NCBI GenBank assembly: GCA_046563655.1
Contig: CM102290.1
Location: 2,914,001-2,978,000, forward strand
Length of the DNA stretch: 64,000 nucleotides
Reading direction: 5' to 3'
Origin: Yuukianura sp. NJ FZ-2021
Lineage: Eukaryota
The notes below the pieces were generated by a model that worked only from the letters and a program-made list of their open reading frames with translations, made no database searches and was not told the DNA's origin. Each line of letters starts with the position of its first letter. Within the stretch, counting starts at the first letter, position 1. Made by a program: the position numbers and the translations under genes. Shown here piece by piece: positions 59,695 to 64,000 of the stretch.

Positions 59695-60482
59695 TAAAAT
59701 AGGACTGAGTCCCCTGTCTAGGTTTTTTAAAAGTGGGGCGAGGCGGGAAGAGTTGAAGATGAAACAATTTATCTCCAATTCAAATTGAAAAAGTAAAAAT
59801 AGTGATGCTAACATCGTTTATGACTTGCAGCAAAATTAAAATCTTTTCATGGTTTTGGGTCGTTACTAATTAAGGAGTACCCAATTGGTTTTAATTGACT
59901 TAATTTAACTGTTGATGACTTTTTGTTTCTAGTATGAGATCATCCATTAAAGACAAAAGAGGCGTGGTATCTTTCAAATTCTTTCGTTCCCACCTGAGCG
60001 CCACATTCAAATTACTTGGGTTCAAAATAAACACTATTCGCCGTTTTTCCCGTTTTTTCTGGAAGGCGTTAGCGATATAATCCTAGTCCATTCTAATCCA
60101 TTGGGGATTGGGGTGGATTTGTATAGTAGTATCTGCATCTGACAGAGTCTGCGGCTCCGTGTAAATTAATAATTAACTCATCCGATCTGAGAATCAAACA
60201 CTCGAAATTAACCTACCAACTTCCCCGCAGATATCATTGAAGTGTCCTCTAACCTTGTCAACAACCGTTAACCCTGTCGTTTGTCATCACATCAACATCT
60301 CGTCATTTGCATTGATATTCGATTAATACTTAAAACTACTAAAACACTCAATTGCGGCACGAAGCGGACTTGACAAAACATTGAAAACTTATTTAGGAAG
60401 ATTTGAGACATTTAGAAATTGATCCGAAATTTTAGGAACTGTGTAAATTCGAGTAGATTTTGCAGAATTTAGAGGAGGCGAA

Positions 60483-62220
60483 ATGGTAAGCACGATGTCT
60501 CTTGTACACAAACGTTTGAACTTAACGTTTGGGTTTGTTATTGAAACTGAATAGGAAACTATTTTTATTTTTTTTTCAGGGAACTAATGCCTCGCAATTG
60601 GAAAAAGAAATCGGGCTGGAGTTTCCTACAAACGAGCGATTCTTTGGTCTTGCCAATGTAAGTTTTGTCCATTTTGGGTGCAAGTTTACCGAGTATCGCT
60701 TTAATTTGTTTTTTCAACAGTTTGGGAATACCTGCTACAGTAATTCCGTACTGCAAGCTCTGTACTTCTGCAAACCATTTAGAGAAAAGGTTTTAGAATA
60801 TAAAGCGAAGAATAAAAGGCCCAAAGAAACACTGCTGTCCTGTTTAGCAGATCTTTTCTACACAATTACTACGCAAAAGAAGAAAGTTGGCTCAATTGCT
60901 CCGAAGAAATTCATTGCTAGACTGCGTAAAGAAAAAGGTAAAACAGCATTCCTCAGTATTCCAACAACAATTTAGTCTGATTGATTGGCAGTATATAATT
61001 TAAATTGATTTTCTTCTTTTTCCAGAGGAATTTGACAATTACTTACAGCAGGATGCTCACGAGTTTCTAAATTTTTTAATTAATAGAATTAACGAAATAA
61101 TATTATGTAAGTCCAACCATTTAAGATGTTTTTAGAAAACTGTTGAGTGAAGTGCATTCTAACATTGATGATCGAATAATTTTAGCCGAGCGCCAGGCCC
61201 AAACTGCAAAACTAAAGTCTGGCTCGGGCGGTGGGTCTGCCGATGGGTTGTCCCCGGGGGATGGCAAAGGTCAGGAGCCAACATGGGTGCATGAAATATT
61301 CCAAGGGATCCTTACGAGTGAAACAAGGTGTCTCAACTGTGAAATGGTAAATTACGTTCCTTATTCAAACCATATGACGAAATGATTCGAAAAAATGTAA
61401 CTCCTGAATATGACGAGATGATTCGAAAAAAAAATGTTGTATTTTATTTTAGGTTAGCAGTAAAGACGAAGACTTTCTTGACCTCCAGGTTGATATAGAC
61501 CAGAATACGAGCATCACGCATTGTCTCCGCTGTTTCAGCAATACTGAAATGCTCTGCGGCGATAACAAATTCAAATGTGATAATTGTTGTAGCTATCAAG
61601 AAGCTCAGGTACTAAGTTTAAGCAAGCAAGCTGAAAATATACCTAGACTAAGTTTAATTTGGTGATTTTTGTCTGTTTACAGAAACGCATGCGAGTAAAG
61701 AAGCTTCCCGTTATTTTAGCCTTGCATTTGAAACGGTTCAAATATGTTGAGCAATACAGTCGCCATATCAAAGTCTCCCACCGTGTCGTATTTCCATTAG
61801 AGCTGAGGCTATTCAATACGGTAACAAAAGCAAACCACTTGAGTTTAAGCAGGAAAGAATGAATTTTGAAAATTAATTTCAACTTTACTGTGAAAATTTC
61901 AGTCTGATGACGCTGTAAATCCAGACAGACTTTACGATTTAGTTGCTGTAGTGGTACACTGCGGGAGCGGGCCAAATCGTGGGCATTACATTAGCATAGT
62001 GAAGAGTCACGGGTTCTGGCTACTGTTTGACGATGACATGGTAGATGTAAGGTTTCGGACATAAATGTTACTCTGCAATACGTTTAATTGTCGTTCGTTT
62101 ATGAAATTTTAGAAAATAGATGCTTCAGCAATTGAGGATTTTTACGGTCTCACATCCACAGTTCAAAAATCTTCCGAAACGGGATACATTCTGTTCTACC
62201 AGTCCAAAGATTACAACTAA
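60483..62220 (+). CDS. Usp12-46: Ubiquitin-specific protease USP12/USP46, 9 coding exons
   Basis: [29 protein letters not shown] (Cys box), [19 protein letters not shown] (His box), WLLFDDD and [10 protein letters not shown]. Confidence 0.96.
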
Positions 62221-63005
62221 CAACTGAAACCTCACTAACACTCGTCATCTCCCTCAAGGTTTTTAATCTCTTACAACTTCTTGTCAGGTCACCAAAACAA
62301 CTCATGTCAACGTACTTTACATCGTTCCGGGATCTTCCCGTGTAATGGATGTACTGAAACCGAATCTAGCAGTAAGACTCGGGAGTGCTTTGGAGAACTT
62401 ACCAGTTAATACGCCGGGGCCACATTCAACAATCCCAAACAGTCATGTCAGAAATAACACTGTTCTTAAATTCTCAAACAATTGTGTATTTAGTTTCAAG
62501 TTCAACTTATAATCTATTTATCCAAATCCCTCAACGCAAAGTGGCACGCACACCGACACCCGGTATGAAATTCAATGATTTATCCACCAGGCAAGTCAAA
62601 GGCTGATTAATTCACTAGACTTAGACAAGGACTTTTGGAAATTTTTTTGAAAATTGTTCCGTATTTGAGACTACGCCCTAAACGAATTTTTAGAACCAAA
62701 ATCTTGTGCAGGTTTTCGGAATGATTGTTAATTGTTATATGCTTTGCCTTGGCTGGCCTAAGTTCTGTCCATCATTCTGGTGGATCTCTATTAACAGATT
62801 TCAAATTTTATCATTAAGGCAAAGACGCAATAAAAACGTACTAATCAACAGGAATGTTTGATTGTATTAATCTGGATAAATAATTTATTGTAAGAAAGAA
62901 GAAAACCAATAGATATGAAGATCTAAATTATAATTTTGGAGGAGATAAAAAGGACTGATGAGTGACAATTTGACTCATAAATTGGGAAAACTTGATTGAA
63001 GAAGA

Positions 63006-63714
63006 CTACATTTTAGTGGTAGTGTATTCATTTGGAAAACTGAAGCTGTGGCTTCCATCAGCCACAATATTTGGCAGGTTCCCAGCATTTGGAATCACAT
63101 TCCAGGAAAGTGTTAGGGTCACGTTCTTGTTTCCCCTGATAAAATTGAACACAACAAAGAACGAAATGTGTTTAAAGATCGATTTAGTTGTTAGTGTACA
63201 GTTGGATTAATAAGAAACTTACTTTAGACCATGTCCGTCATCCCAGAAGTAATACTTTGGTCGTATATTCTTATGATCCAAAACTGCATTCTCTCCACGC
63301 TGAATGATCTTGTCCCAAATTACAACTTGGTTGAGCTTGTTTGACGGAGTTTCATATTCGGCAGTTAGATACAAAAATAATTGTTTGACGTTCCAGTTGA
63401 AAAGGGGGCGGAGATCAGCTTTGAGGTCAAAGATCATAAATCCCATATCGTTTTTCTCCCGTGATGCGCTGTAGTCTGGTACATTTCGCCTAAAGTTCAG
63501 AACGAAAACATATGAATCAAGCGAACCCCATTTCCTCAATATGTTTTCAGTATTCATAAAATTGTACTTACACAACGACAGTGACGGTGTTTATAACAGC
63601 TTTTGTACTGTAGTCCCGGAAAACCGTTGTCCCAAAGCAGATAAAAGTTAGGGCTGCCAAAACACTAACAGTGTATGCCGCTAGAGCATGACTCCTTGTG
63701 AATGCACTATGCAT
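63006..63714 (-). CDS. SPCS3: Signal peptidase complex subunit 3 (SPC22/23), 3 exons
   Basis: MHSAFTRSHAL + TM segment, FDLKADLRPLFNWNVKQLFLYLTAEY..NQVVIWDKII..KYYFWDDGHGLK/GNKNVTLTLSWNVIPNAG. Confidence 0.95.
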
Positions 63715-64000
63715 CTCTGACTTTGAGGATAATCTCTTAATTGATTGATTTCATAAAAGATTCAACTAAATTAATCTAATCCCTTGATCCAGTATCGTAT
63801 CCAGTTGTCTGTTTCTTACGTATACTTTTGTTTCGGCTTTTAATTTCTGCAACAAATACTAAATTGACGTGTGATTTTTCGCAATGATTCAGTCTGCACC
63901 AACCGTTCTCGCCTTTAACGGTATGTTGGATTTAGCACATGCAAAATACCGTGAGAAAAGTGTCTCCGCTTGGCAAAATTTATCTATAGAGTCACAGACT

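Overview
Gene-dense, AT-rich eukaryotic DNA with short GT-AG introns and TTAGG repeats. It comes from an arthropod, plausibly a hexapod such as a springtail (inference). Splicing the exons by hand gives the following order: the 3' part of a KCTD8/12/16-like BTB gene (+); Nmdar1/GluN1 (-); Ir76b (-); an F-box/FBA gene (-); mago nashi (-); CAP/SORBS (PDZ + 3 SH3, +); an orphan 4-exon gene (+); a Tsp2A-like tetraspanin (+); TP53I11-like (+); a Rieske-domain RFESD-like gene (-); RpL21 (-); USP12/46 (+); SPCS3 (-). Introns and intergenic gaps carry many non-autonomous inverted-repeat elements (P-like, hAT-like, Merlin/MULE-like and palindromic MITEs). The most notable item is an intact 5-exon gene (about 407 aa) with two divergent dsRNA-binding-like domains. 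It is nested on the same strand inside a 6-kb KCTD intron, next to a cluster of transposon remnants and decayed coding-like sequence. Other points of interest are the orphan gene, an unusually divergent mago, a MITE with head-to-head telomeric repeats, and repeated tandem AGGTCA nuclear-receptor-type motifs. All homology calls come from recognising sequence by eye, not from database searches.
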